From Carcharhinus amblyrhynchos (Eukaryota), in the NCBI GenBank assembly GCA_965287045.1, contig OZ336874.1:47926001-47990000 (forward strand): a DNA stretch of 64,000 bases. Direction: 5' to 3'. Position 1 is the stretch's first letter; each line of letters opens with the position of its first letter. Made by a program: the position numbers and the translations under genes. The notes under the pieces are model-generated. The model searched no databases. It saw only the letters and a program-made list of their open reading frames with translations, and was not told the origin of the DNA. Positions 12,449 to 26,030 of the stretch are shown here, one piece after another.

Positions 12449-13807
12449 GGATGACATTAAGAATGATTTATATAGAGTCCAGTGCTTCTTACAAGTCCCG
12501 TGGTAAACATTTGATCATTTCAGCACATCACGCACAGCCACATGGTGCTAACCAGCAGGAAAGACTCTATGTTCATCTGAATGTGGGAAAGTCCCCCTCT
12601 CAATCTCACATTAGAGAACAGGGCTGTTCCTTCCCCTTGTGTCCTGACTATCTCATCCTCGGACCTGGCTACTGACTTCCCTGTCCATCTGTGAGTGCCC
12701 CTGGCCAGAGACCCAATCGTTCAACCCCGGCCATCACTAGCTCTTCCCGCAACCAATGTTACGTTCCTCCCACGGACAATACCATGACCCTCCCAGCCAT
12801 TGATACCTGAGGTCCACCTCCAGTCACTGAATCCCAATCACCTGCCCTTCTTCACTGAACTGAGGTCCACTGTGATGTCAGCAGCAGCTATGGTATCCAT
12901 TGACGATTCACCAGCAGCTCTGTACCACTCGCCAAATCCATTGAAATCAGCCTTGAGACCCAACATCTGTGGTGCATCAATTCTCACCATTCAGGCCGGG
13001 GTTGGATCCTGCACCTCCGCTTGCCCATACGTTTGTACCCCATAAAATCCCCCCAAAAAATCTTTGTTATAGATTACCATGCAGTTGTTGTAATAGAAAA
13101 AATATGCAACTGACTTGCAATTTGTGTTGTGCTTATTAGATTATTTACGCTTTTTACAAATACACAAAGTTCAATACTGTGTCTAAGAGCTGGTTCTAAC
13201 TGGTTTTGTACTAATAAAGCATATGGCTGGCTCATTTAGCAGCTAGACAGAACGTAACAAATCTGCGAACATAATGAACTTTATTCTGTATAAATTACAA
13301 ATATTGTTACAGCCTCACGGGACCAAAACAGCAAAAAAGTACACAGTGGAGCACTGAATGACTGGCACTGGAAAGCACTTCAAATCTAGCTAAATATTGA
13401 ATACAACTTCCAGCCAAAATATTATGGCGAGATATTTGCCCATTCATAGTCAGTGAGTGGAAAATTTAGCTAATTCCTTAATGCACTGACTTCTTCCTCC
13501 TTCCAAGTCAGTGAAAATGGTAGAGGAAGTAGAGAACATGTAATGAATAATTTTAGCCTTCAATTCCAGTGCAGGGACTTGCCAGGTGGGAGTACAGATT
13601 GGCAGAATCAAATCAGTAGAGTTATATCACTGTTCATGATCTCTCATCTAATGTGATTCTACACTGGGAACACAGCCTCAATAAATTATTTCCACACTAT
13701 CTTGTTATATCATAGCTTGCCTGGGAATTAATGTGAAACTAGATATATGTAACTGGCTGCAGGAGAGATAATCCATTCATTACTTATGAGATACATGTTT
13801 AAAATTT

Positions 13808-14008
13808 TAAAGTTTATCTATTAGTGTCACATTAACCCTGCAAAGAAGTTACTGTGAAAATCCCAGCACTGCTTTCAGAAGGTGGAAGGAAACCCACACA
13901 GACATGGGAGAACATGCAGACTTCACACAGTGACCCAAGCTGGGAATTGAATCCAGGTCCCTGGTGCTGTGGGGCAGCAGTGCCATCCACTGTGCCATCT
14001 TGCCACCC
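13808..14008 (-). mobile_element. V-SINE, alternative-tail subfamily (internally deleted)
   Basis: tRNA head, V-domain remnant and gtgacactaat tail on the minus strand. Confidence 0.8.
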
Positions 14009-14090
14009 CAGAAAAATGCAAATATTAGAATCAAAATTACTGATAAAACCGTTAACTTTTTGAAGAAGTTATATTAATATGCGATTAGAA

Positions 14091-14380
14091 CATGGTGGCA
14101 CAGTGGTTAGCATTGCTGCCTCACAGCACCAAGCACCCCGGTTCAATTCCTGGCTTGGGTCACTGTCTGTGTGGAGTTTGCACATTCTCCCTGTGTCTGC
14201 ATGGGTTTTTTCCAGGTGCTCTGGTTTCCTTCCACAATCTGAAAGACATGCTGGTTAGGTGCATTCACCATGCTAAATTCGGCCTCAGTCGCCAGAATGT
14301 GGCGACTAGCGGATTTTCATAGTAACCTCATTGTAGTGTTAATGTAAGCCTACTTGTGACACTAATAAATTAACTTTAAC
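14091..14380 (+). mobile_element. V-SINE, alternative-tail subfamily
   Basis: A box tggcacagtgg, B box ggttcaattcc, V-domain tgtgtggagtttgcacattctccc, tail gtgacactaataaattaacttt. Confidence 0.88.
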
Positions 14381-16167
14381 TGCCACAAGCCCTTTTGAGG
14401 AGGTGTCTGCAGAGCTAGGATGCCGAAATTATCCGAATGATTAATAGTCATGGAGTAGCACATTACAGCCACCTGTCTGCTGGGTGGTGGAAATATAGTT
14501 CACAATTTGTCTTAGTGCAAATTCACACAGAAAGCTGATGACAAGGCTGGGATACAATACTTTTTTACAGTTCATTTGAAAAATGAGTGACTGAAGAACA
14601 TTGTGGCACAATTGTTTAAAACTTTGAGAGTTGATTTTGAGGGTTTTTGAAAGATTGCAGTGTGCGTGCACATTGTATCGGTACACAGGGAGTCAACACG
14701 GTACATTTTTAAAAAGCACTGAAAACATACACGGGGACAATGGGAGAATTTGACACCAACAAAGGACTGGTATAATTATGATAAAGGTTACAGGTTTGGC
14801 AGAAAGCAATTAAAATAGATGTGGATAAAATAAGTGTTTTCCTCATCGTGGTGGGGCCAGATACTTTTGAGGGTGGTGTCAAATCAACAATGTTGTCAGT
14901 GGTTCCCAGTGCAATGGACTATTCTGAAATTTAGAGATTCTGAACTCATAGTATGGCATGATTAAGAATGAGATTGTACCAAGAGTTACATTCAGTGAAA
15001 GGAAGTAGTTTCCAAATGACCCTGTTGCAGATTATGTTCACAGGTTCATGTTCAGAGGTTCATGTTCCAGGTTGTGGTAAATTGTTAGGTCACAGCCATG
15101 CACCAGGTGAATGTTGTGGTAGAGCTAAATCTGGTTAAGGGATTTTACAGCCTCCTGCTGGGTGTATTTTCAGACAACCCACTCACCAGTGGGTCAATTG
15201 AGGCCTTTAAATGGGATTTAACCAGCGGTCCCATGTCAACCACCCTGCCTGGCAGACTTCCCTCTATGGGCAGGCGATTGGCTGGGGATTATCGCTCCTT
15301 ATTAAGCCCTACTGGGCCAACTGGAGGACACCATCCAGGGTTTAGTCCCTCCCTCAGATTGCCCTACTACCCTTGTTAGTTGGGCCATGCCAGCTTGGCA
15401 CCGTGAGATTCAGCGCAGCACGACTCCTCTCAACGTCACTGCAGTACTATCAGTCACCCCAGTGGTGCTGACCGTAATAAAGAGTTAGCAGCACCACAAA
15501 CCGCACCTCCCCCCAAAAGTACCAATGAATGTAAAAACCTGAAATCATCCTCCAGTTTAATCATGATGACTCACACACGCTATGGATGCTAATCAGATGT
15601 CCCAACACAGTTGGGACCTAGCCAAATTAGATGGCACTTCCATGGCCCCCACAGTCAGATTAGGAGGGAGCAAGTATGAGGTTGCTTCTTCAAACATCAA
15701 ATGGAATTCAATGTTTGGTGGTCTTTTTGGGCAGTCTGCAGCTGTCCCTGTAAGGTTAGGTTAATGTATACACCAATTCCAGTTCAACTTTGCATTACAA
15801 ATTGACAGAAGTAGTTTGGGAATGGACACAGGAACTGTGTTTCAGTTTTGAAATGAGACCTGTGTTAATTTCAGGTGGCCAATGTTTGAATGCCCAATGC
15901 GGATCAGGAATAGAGCTCTGCACTGTTAGATATTGTCCTGTCACATGTAAAGTCCATTAATTAATTGCAACTAATTTAAATTTATTACCTGAAAACATCA
16001 CCTCCTAAACCTGGATTGAAATGTTTGGACAGAAAGGATGAAAGTCTACCTCACTAGCTTTTCTCTTTCTCACCTCCTGCTGCCCTTAAGGTTTCCCTGT
16101 TGTTAGTTCTTTTTAATTTTATAATCATTGCACATTCATGATGCCTCCTGTGCTCCAGTGGCTGATG

Positions 16168-16512
16168 TGTCATAGAATCCCAACAGTACAGAAAGAGGCC
16201 ATTCGGCCTATCGAGCCCACACCACAACAATCCCACCCTGCCCCCATCCCCATAACCCCACATATTTACCCTGCTAATTTCCTTGACAATTGAGCATGTT
16301 GTTGGACATGGCCAATCCACCTAACCGGCACATCTTTGGACTTTGGAGGTAACCAAAGCACCTGGAGGAAACCCACGCAGACACAGGGAGAATGTGCAAA
16401 CTCCACACAGTCACCCAAGGCCAGAATTGAACCCGGGACCCTGGCACTGAGGCAGCAGTGTTAACTACTGCACACGGGCAGTAGCGGCAGCACAGTGCTG
16501 CTGTGCTGCCCC
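16168..16512 (-). mobile_element. HE1/V-SINE, near full length
   Basis: tRNA head, V-domain and CR1-type tail ending gattctatga on the minus strand. Confidence 0.88.
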
Positions 16513-16789
16513 TGTCCTGAAGAATGGTCACATGGGTGAGCTATTGAAAAGTTGCCAGTTCCAATATTAAGCATGAATTGTTGCTTTCAAAAAGAGAAAA
16601 TGGGAGAAAATTGGAAAATACAAAGCACCATCTTTCAATCCAGACATTGCTCTTTACATTAAACGTGTTTATTTAATTTATTAGCTGTATTGCCTGAAGC
16701 TTCATTGTGCAAAGGCAATTCACTTAACTGCAAGAGTACATTTGATCCCTTGGCATTGATTTGACTTTGCTGTTGTTTTTAATCTGCAG

Positions 16790-16943
16790 GTGCTCCTCTT
16801 TAATGACCAGAATTACGGCATTCACTATGAATACACAATTCCGATTGAGCCAGGTCCAGGAAACCACAGTACAAGGGCCAATGTACCTCTTTTCATGTGG
16901 ACTCACTCTGGTTGGGAAGATTGCGACGCCATGTGTGGTGGAG
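16790..16943 (+). CDS. ADAMTS19: ADAMTS19 internal exon (end of spacer, start of TSR)
   Basis: Acceptor tctgcag|GTG and donor GAG|gttggg; 154 nt, phase 0 in, phase 1 out. Encodes VLLFNDQNYGIHYEYTIPIEPGPGNHSTRANVPLFMWTHSGWEDCDAMCGG and continues the previous exon's frame. Confidence 0.93.
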
Positions 16944-17021
16944 GTTGGGAACTTAACTTTTTAAAAACATTTTATTGTGGAAGTGACACATGCAGGATAA
17001 TATCAAAACCATGCTTTATGA

Positions 17022-17360
17022 CATATAGAATCCCTACAATGTGGAAGGAGGCCATTTAGCCCATCCAGTCTGTACCCAGTCTCCAACAGAGCATCATACC
17101 GAGGCCCAACTCCCCCCTTTCCTATATCCCACATATTTATCCTGCTGATCTCCTAATCTACACATCTTGGGACACTAAGGGACAATTTAGCATGGCCAAT
17201 CCACCTAACCTGTACACGTTTTGGGCTGTGGGAGGAAATTGGAGCACCTGGAGGAAACCCATGCAGAAATGGGGAGAGCATGCAGACTGCACACAGACAG
17301 TCACCCAAGGCTGGAGTTGAACTCGGGTTCCTGGCACTGTGAGGCGGCAGTGCTAAACAC
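17022..17360 (-). mobile_element. HE1/V-SINE, near full length
   Basis: Same structure as 16168-16512; lies about 80 bp after the exon donor at 16944. Confidence 0.88.
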
Positions 17361-19154
17361 ATAATTTTAAAAAACTAAATTGGAGACGCCTTATAATTAA
17401 CAATATAAAAGTTGGATTAAAAAGTCACATACAGAGACTTACATACAATAGAAATGAGAAAAAGACAATCTAACCGGATCCAAATTTGGAAAACACAAAT
17501 ACAATTTAACCTGTTCTAGTTGCACACTTCTCTTCTGTCTTATCTATTGCTTAATTTTAGTAGACTATATACTTTAAGTAAATTTATAACTAGAGCACAG
17601 ACTTAAATTGTTTTTAAATATTATTTAAGAAAAACTGAGTAGAGTAATAATTTCAGAGCGGAGACAAATACAGTTGTGAAGCTTGACTTTACTTTTTACC
17701 CTTTCAAAATGTTGTCATGTTATCAATTGTGCAATTGCAAAATCAACAGCTTCAACAGTAACAAATACATGCCTGGCTCCTTCAAGTCCTGGTCAGATCT
17801 GTCACAGCTAGTTTGGCTTACTGATTATAGCAGCCCTGAGATAATAGTCTTTTGAACTAGCCTAGAGTTACAAATATTTGGATTAAGTTGGGCCCTCAGC
17901 ATCTGGGCATGAATGTAGGGGAAAGGAATCACTTGCTTGTTATAGAAATTAATAGGATGAAGATCAGATAGGGACTACAATAACCACACCATCCAGTCTA
18001 TCAGGTGACCACCCAGGCAGAGAAGACTGAAATGTATCCCTTTTAAGTATTTAGTTTGGCACAGAAACACCTCAAGGCTGTTAACTCAACTAACATCAGA
18101 AACACAGGCCAAAACAATCTGAAAGATTGTTTCCTTGTGACATATTGGGACAGAATTAATGATGATTCCCTTTGAAGATAAAAGCAAAAGATTTGTGTAT
18201 TGTAGAATTAGAAACAAAATTAAACCTCAGTGTTAAATTAGAGAATCCATCATTTTGTTTTGATTCCTTTAACATTTTCAGAACTGCAGAAGTGTTTCCG
18301 TACCAAAATAAAGAGGGTTCTCTTTTCCCTGAATGTGTTGCGACTCTAAATATTGTTATGCCTCCATATTCTTCTCTATAATTTAGAATGTTTAACATTA
18401 GAAATTTACAGGAAACAAGATATATTCTATCTATACTGAACTATGGTTGTCTTCTATCAGACAAGTCAAATAATGCTTGGAACTCTGGTTCACTTGTAAA
18501 ACATACACATTTAATTTCGGACAGATAAAAATGGGTGAGGAAATATTGGGAGTGAATTTTCTCAGTGATGTGCCATTCTGCGGCTGTAACTTCACAAATT
18601 TAGCAGGCACTTTACTTATTTATGTGCATAAGCAGGGTTTCTCTATATTTAGGATAGAAATTGAGTAGTCCTGAGGAAGCTCGCTGCCAATGGCTCTGGT
18701 TGGAAGACCAGCTAAAAGGAGTATATCAGCACTATGATGAGATAGACTAAATCCCCTGATTTTAACTCTGGGCAGGAGCGTGACTCACCCAAGGCCTTGG
18801 CTGTTGTAACACATGCTCGTCAAGGCCTACAGGGAAGTCATTTGAGCAAAGATTACTTATTGGTTTACATCTGATGAACCTTGCAGGGTACAGGCCTGCT
18901 GAGGGTTAATGTATAGCGGGGGTCTGAGTCGCATCACCATTCCTTAAATGTGATTTGCAATTATGCCGTGAGCTGCATGAGGCCTGACACTCCTGACCAG
19001 GACATGCCTGATGAAATGGAGTGCAAGCAAGACCAAAGAGACCAATTGAGCCATTACTCCAATTATTTTAAAGACCATTCTTTTGCGCTCAAGAGGTGAA
19101 ATTGAAATTACGGTTTTGATTAATTAACAATGACCATAAAATAAAAATATAGGA

Positions 19155-20090
19155 ATTAGAGTCATAGAGGTTTGCATGGAAACAGGCCCTACGGCCCAAC
19201 TTGTTCATACTGCCTTTTTTTTTAAAACCTCTAAGCTAATCCCAATTGCCCACGTTTGGCCCATATCCCTCTATACCCATTTTACTCATGTAACTGTGCT
19301 TTTTAAAAGACAAAATTGTACCCGCCTCTACTACTATCTCTGGCAGCTTGTTTCAGACACTCACTACCCTCTATGTGAAAGAATTGCCCCTCTGGGCACT
19401 TTTATATTTCTGCCCTCTTACCCTATGCCCTCCAGTTTTAGACTCCCCTACTTTTGGGAAAAGATATTGACTATCTAGCTGATCTGTATCCCTCATTATT
19501 TTATAGACTTCTATAAGATCACCCCTCAGCTTTCTACACTCCAGAGAAAAGAGTCCCTGTCTATCCAGTCTCTCCATAACTCAAACCATCAAGTCCTGAT
19601 AGCATCCTAGGAAATCTTTTCTGCACTCTCTCTAGTTTAGTAATATCCATTCTATAACAGGGTGACCAGAACTGTACACAGTATTCCAAGTGTGGCCATA
19701 CCAATGTCTTGTACAACTTTAACAGGACATCCCAACTCCTGTACTCAATGTTCTGACCAATGAAACCAAGCATGCGGAACGCCTTCTTCACCACTTTGTC
19801 CACCTGTGATTCCACTTTCAAGGAGTATGAATATGTATCCCTAGATCTCTTTGTTCTGTAACTCTCTGAGGGTTAAAATGGGCGGTGCGGGCTTGTAGGG
19901 CCGAGGGGCCTGTTTCCTGTACTGTGCTGTTCTTTGTTCTCCCCAATGCCCTACCATTAATTGAGTAAGTCCTGCTCTGGTTCAATCTACCAAAATGCTT
20001 CACCTCGCTTTTATCTAAATGAAACTCTATCTGGCATTTGTCAGCCCACTGGCCCAATTGATCAAGATCCTGTTGCAATCAGGTATAACT
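19155..20090 (-). mobile_element. CR1 LINE 3' fragment with a nested short + strand retroelement tail (19868-19940)
   Basis: ORFs 19371..19577, 19561..19821 and 19818..20078 are frameshifted CR1 ORF2 pieces (LYKTLVWPHLEYCVQFWSP). The nested piece ends in ctgttctttgttct. Confidence 0.88.
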
Positions 20091-20959
20091 TATTGCCTGA
20101 GTTTATACTACAAATGGCAAAGGATTCTGGCAGGTGGCACAGACTTGTAAAATTACACAGGAAATTTAGAATAATAGTCAGTATTTGCTCACTTAAATGC
20201 AGGGGCTGGGAGTTTTAACTAATCTCCAGAAGGGTATTTTTACCCTAGTTTAGAATCAAATTCATTCACATATTTCTGAAAGTAAAATCTTCCAGTGCTT
20301 TAGATGTTATTTTAGTTAATATTTTGTATTCAAAAATATTCCTTGACCTATTTAAGTGATAACCTAGTGCAATTGCCTAATATAATCGAAAATTAACTGA
20401 TCGCAAGATATTAGCTTGGTCTACCACCTAATTTCAAATAATTGAAGATGACTTAAAACTATACAGAATAAGTTACTGTTTATATTGATGTACCAGTGTC
20501 TTAGTAAATTGAAAGAAAATGCTTAACATATTTTAGAAGGTGCCCATGTGTCCTTGCACCTAAACATTGTTTAATTTCAAGTACCTTCATGAAGGCCCAC
20601 AAACATTTGCAATGAGCAGAAACTCACAATGGTGATTAATTCAATCTGAGGGTTCCGTGGACAAGGCCAGTTTCTAGTATGATGTTGTTTTAAGCTAATG
20701 AAAAGTCTGTTTACGCTGGATGTGATTTGCACCAAAAATTCTTCAATCTTTTGAAGTGGTTTGGACAACATTGGGCAAGTTGTGCTGGAGGTGGCAGTGT
20801 ATCCTGGTGGAAAATCCAGGCTAGAATGTTTAGGTTGGAACTTTGCTCCTCAAGAATCATTGTCCCTTTCCCCGTTTCTCCTCAGAATATTAATTTATTT
20901 GCGAACAAGGCTGTTGCCACCCATTATCTTATTATGCATGATTAAGAGGACTGAACCAT

Positions 20960-22880
20960 TGTCTTGAGTCGAAGCCTCAAACTCCACCCCATACCACTGA
21001 TTAAACCTTTTTCTTCAAACAGTTTCTCCAAATCAATCATACTGTTAGTTTTTTTTATGTTCCTTATATTTAAATATTTAATTCTTCTATCCCTCTAAGC
21101 TGCTCTGACCTTGCGGCTCAGCTCACGTTTTCAGTTATTTAAACTTTCTCCTCTCGTGTATCTACCATTCCTTTGCTCCATCATTGGAAACTGTCCCTTG
21201 TTGGCTCGACACTGTCAAAGTCCATTCCACCACCTCCACCACTTTCTCCTTCTGAAACAACCTGCTGAAAATACACTTTGACCATTTCTTTTATCAGTTC
21301 TCTTAATAATCCCTCGCTTTATATTTGGTGACACTTCTATGAAATGCTTTAGCAGTTTATCTATTTTAAATATGCTATACAAATGCAAGTTGTTGGTTGT
21401 ATTAATATCCCAGCTTTGACTGAAAATTAACAAAGTACCACCATTACCTTATTGAGCTGTTCCTCCGTGCTATGTTTCCACTCAAACTGTTGGAGTGGCG
21501 CTTTGGCCCTTATCACCAAATCACCCTTGGTTGCTCCCCTTGTTCCCTTATTGTCATTGCTTTTGCACATCTCATGGTCTTTCATTCCTTCTGGATGAGC
21601 TTTACAATCCATGATGCCAGTCACCATGCAGCCTCACTCAAGTTCCTTCAGTTATTTCAAACACGCTGTCAGCGTGGGCTGACCTGGGCTGTCAGGTGAC
21701 TGCCCCAATGTCCACTCTCTCTGAATTAATGGTCCAATGTTTCCTAAACATCTTCCTCCATGTAAATGTTCCCACAGCCTCTCTACCCCATTGTTCTCAC
21801 TGACAAGGCCTTCTTCCGGATTTCTTCCGCCTCATCACCCACATTTCCTTACAGCATTCCAAACACTTCCTACTGCATCCACACCGAAAAAACACATACT
21901 CCAATGAACTTACAAACTCCCAACTGCCAATCCTCATGCAGCCATTGATTCGCTGAACTATTCTCTGGCTTCCATCTTTGGTGTCCTAACCCCTAACCCC
22001 CCCACTCCCCAACAAACTTTTTCACTACCAATTAATCCCCATTTTGCTGCTTCCTGCACCTGCCACCTCAGAAGTGTAAGCATCTGATGGACTTCCTTAT
22101 TAAATAGAACTGAACCAGTCACTCAGCTTCCTTTATTGCTTCATTCCTTTCCAATGCCCACTAGATCTCCGAACAAAACTACACCCCTCCACCCAAATTT
22201 TTACCAAAGGCGTGAATTATATTCTGTGTGATTGTGCCTTAACTTCTACCACCAGCCCTGTTGTCTTCCATCCTCCCTGCATACTTTTGCACAATCAACT
22301 GCTTTGAGCTCCTCCAGCAGCTTTCCTTGGGTGTCTGACTCAGTAGAACTGACTTGCTTCATTTCTCTCTTTGTAGTCATAGTGAACAAATCTGTACCAA
22401 TGGCTTCTCTCTGCTCCCTCTTGCAATCACTTCAGGAGCCCGCTAGGAATTCTCCACCTACATTCTACTCCTTAGCAATATCATTGATAGGGATGGAGTT
22501 GGTTTCCACATGGACACCAGAAGTTCAGTCCTACCTCTCCAACAACTCTTTGGACTACCATGCTGTTTCTGGGCTGTCAGGTGACTGCCCCAATGTCCAC
22601 CCTTTGTTAAGTTGTAATGTACTCCAGCTGAATATTGAAGGCCACTCCTTTCAGTCTCCCTCAGTAACTTCATATCCTTGAGACCTACGCATCCCTCTCA
22701 TTGGCCCGTGAACTAGGATGATGCAGACTGATCACAGACTCTATCCCCTGTTCAACTTCAAGCTGAGTTTCTGATCCCATAGTAAAGACATACTTTTCTC
22801 AACTCCAAATGTGCTATGACACAGATTCATGCCTGTCTTTTCCTATCTTGTAAATTCCTAATTTCAAATTTTTCCAGCAG
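20960..22880 (+). mobile_element. Highly decayed L2-like LINE fragments
   Basis: C/T-rich sequence with an L2-like tail at 21100-21400 (..tgctatacaaatgcaagttgtt); no intact motifs remain. Confidence 0.4.
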
Positions 22881-24237
22881 AAAGCGATGTCAAGGAGACA
22901 GCGGTAAGTGGTGTCACATCACCTCAACCTGCCCATCTACTCACTTACAGTTCAGCAGACGGAATGTGTTTCACTCACTATACCAACACAACATGCTTTT
23001 TTTCAAATTACGAGTATTAACTTGGTAAGCGATTCTTTTTAATAGAGATCAAACTTCGAGTAACTGTACAGTGGTGGAAGTGGTTGCCCACAACACAAAA
23101 CCACAGCTGAAACATTCTAATAAAAAAAGATAGAAAGTAAAAGCTACAGTAACCGAAAGCTGTATGCAAACAGAGCCAATCTATACTCGTGCCAAATTGA
23201 TGAAGAAATGACCAATGCGCAGCAGAGTCAAATTGTCAGTCAGCCAACGTATGACAAATCTGTGAGTCAATACTGGTGAATCATATTTGCCTTCAGACCT
23301 TCTGTAGACCTCAGGCTTATAATTCGTACAACCATCAGCTAAATATCTTAATTTGTTTCTATTTAAACTACGTAAAAATCTCAGCCAACTATAAAAGGAT
23401 AGTTCCCTTGCACAATGCACCGTGCATCCCCTCATTTTTATCTTCACTTCTGTAATGATTGTTTCGCCCACCTGATGACAGCCCGCAGGAGAGAACTTGC
23501 AAACCATGAACAATGGTGGAAAAGTTGAACCTGAATGTGGCACATTTCACTGTTCACTAAATCGGAGTGATTTATCATTAGATTTTTTTTTAACTTTCCC
23601 TAACCATGAGATGCACAGAGGGAAGATAAAATTGGACTCCATATCACTGCACCCCACCCCCGCCACCCTCCCCATATACACATCCCTCCACTTCCATTTA
23701 TTAGACGCTGTCTGACCATCTAATGCTCAAAGCTGAGATTTGAGGTGTGCCTGGATACTTCCAGGGAAATGTGTGCAGAACACGGTCTAGGGTAAAGCAG
23801 TTTGCGGCATGAGCACCAATCAACCCCAGGCACTATGCAGAGTTGATGCAAATCAGTGTACAATGCTGTTTTGGCACACATCACACTGCCATTTTTCAAA
23901 TGTACACTCCAGCCAACACCCTATCTTAACTGAACGGTTGAACACGGGTTCAATGGAGTGAAGGACCCCTTTGCTCTCCCTCGCCAATCAGTATCATTTA
24001 AAGGGATCAAGAGTTATTTGCACATTAGTTGCTGGATCGTTCTTTCTGTCTGCTTGTGCAATTGTACATGTTTTTGGAACTTTCCTATATTTGGCTGAAG
24101 TTTGAATAATCTGTACTGAGTGTTCTGGCTGGTGCTGAAATACTTTTCTGTTCAGTTAAAATCTTACACTGAAACAAGTGGCTTCTGTATATAGGTGAGT
24201 GGTGGGGCTTCCTCTGGGGATTGAACATGACCTGGAG

Positions 24238-24777
24238 CAGTTTTGGCCCCCTTACTTAAGGAGGGATGTAGTTGCATTGGAGGCAGTTCAGAGGTGGTCC
24301 ATTAGATCCAGAGATAAGGGGTTTGTCTTCTGAAGGGAGTTTGAACTGATCAGGCCTACACTCTCGAAACTTAAGAAGAATGAGGGAGATTTAATTGAGA
24401 CATATATGATGATAAAGAGGATTGAAAGGGTAGACGTAGAGAAGATGCTTCCTCATGTGGGACAATCTAGAATGAAAGATCATGGTTTCAGGATAAGAGC
24501 AGCAGATTTCAAACAGGAAAGAGGAAAAACTACACTGAAAGGGTCGTGAATCTGTGGAATTCATTATCCCGGAGTGCGGTGGATGCTGAGACGTTGAGTA
24601 AATTTAAGGAAGAAATAGATTTTTAATTAGTAACGGGTTGAAGGTTTGTGGAGAATGAGCAAGAAAGTGGAGTTGAGGACCAGATTAAATCAGCCATTAT
24701 CATACTGAATGGCAGAGCAGACTTGAGGGGCTGAATTGCCTACTCCTGCTCCCATTTTCTAAATTAAGTTCTTATGT
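24238..24777 (+). mobile_element. CR1 LINE 3' fragment inserted in Harbinger A
   Basis: QFWPPYLRRDVVALEAVQR..LRRMRGDLIETY-type coding remnant plus tail; flanked by gacctggag/gatttggag. Confidence 0.85.
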
Positions 24778-24909
24778 GATTTGGAGAATGAAGCAGGGAA
24801 GGGCTAGAAGGGTGAGGAGGGGCAGAAGGGCTATCAGTCCTTGGTAGAGATAGTGGTATAGTCTCAATGTCAGTGGACTAGAGGCCCAGGTTAATGCCCT
24901 AGACAATAT

Positions 24910-25175
24910 TATTAAAAATAAGAGCGCTCGCTTTTAAGACGGAGATAAGGAAAAATGTTTTCTCCGAAAGGGTCATTGGTGTGTGAAATTCTCTTCCCCA
25001 GAAAGTAGTGGAGGCTTGGTCTTTCAATTCATTTAAGGCAGAATAAGACATTTTTATAAGGCAAGGGGTTCAGTGATTATGGGGAGCAGACAGAAAAGTC
25101 GACAGATCAGTCATAATCTTCTTGAGTGGTGGGGCAGTCTCAAAGGGCCAAATAGCTGACCTCTGTTCCTGTGTC
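24910..25175 (+). mobile_element. CR1 LINE 3' end fragment
   Basis: FKTEIRKNVFSERVIGV*NSLPQKVVEA followed by the tail. Confidence 0.75.
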
Positions 25176-25176
25176 C

Positions 25177-26030
25177 CTGAGCCCTAGTGAAGGTGAACCC
25201 ATGAGATGTCTTCACTTCACAAAAGAGTTTATGACTGAAATCTGCCAACTCCTGCAAGGACAGCATTGTGGCTGCCAAAGCTCTTAACTTTTATACTTCC
25301 GGCTTCTTCCAGATTGTTAGCAGAGATATCAGCAACACTTCCAGTGTGCAGCTGAGTGAAGGATCTCATTGAGACTGTCTCTGCACAGAGGAACAATTTA
25401 ATCTAATTTCTTTTTGGCTAGTGGAGTAAGCCTGGGGTTTGCAGAATTGCAGGCTTTCCTAAGGGTGGGCATTGACTGCAGCCATGTTTAACCTTGCATG
25501 TGTCCTCATGTGAGCTTGAAGGAATTTCAGTCCCTCAATGTTCAGTTGATGTGCAGCCACAGGGAGTGCATTATACAGCTCAATGCCCTAAATCTAAAAA
25601 GGATCTTTTTTTTAATTCTTTGGCAATTCTCTATGTCACCTGTGTTTGACCACCATGGCAAGTCAGACACCAGCTGTTGAGTGACAAGGTTTATCTGTTC
25701 ATGAAATGGCCCATGATTCTGATCTAGAACCCATGCACACTTGCACAGCAGGCCTATAATGGGAGCCATGTGGTTATAAAGAACGTTATAGAGCGTATCC
25801 AAAGCGTCCTTACTCAACTGTAATACACGGCTGAGAGGGTACCAGCATTTGTGATAGTATGCTGCATGCTGTACAACCTCACCATTGTGAAACAACAGCC
25901 CTTGGCAGCACCTCAGGTGAGAAGCTGAGAAGTAGGAGCATGAGGAAGAAGGAGAAAGTGCAATGGGAATTGGAGGAACAGGGAGAGGAAGGGAGGTTAC
26001 AATGGTGATAGTTCCTTTTTACCCAGATGT
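25177..26030 (+). pseudogene. Harbinger (HARBI1-like DDE) transposase remnant
   Basis: Frameshifted motifs in the expected order: CLHFTKEFMTEICQLLQ, LNFYTSGFFQ, IAGFPK..IDCSHV, FQSLNVQLMC, YTAERVPAFVIVCCMLYNL, then an acidic tail. Confidence 0.8.

Noticed and set aside
14091-14165. tRNA genes at A/B-box sequences (also 31071, 49985, 59995)
   Set aside because: No complete cloverleaf; each continues into a SINE body and tail.
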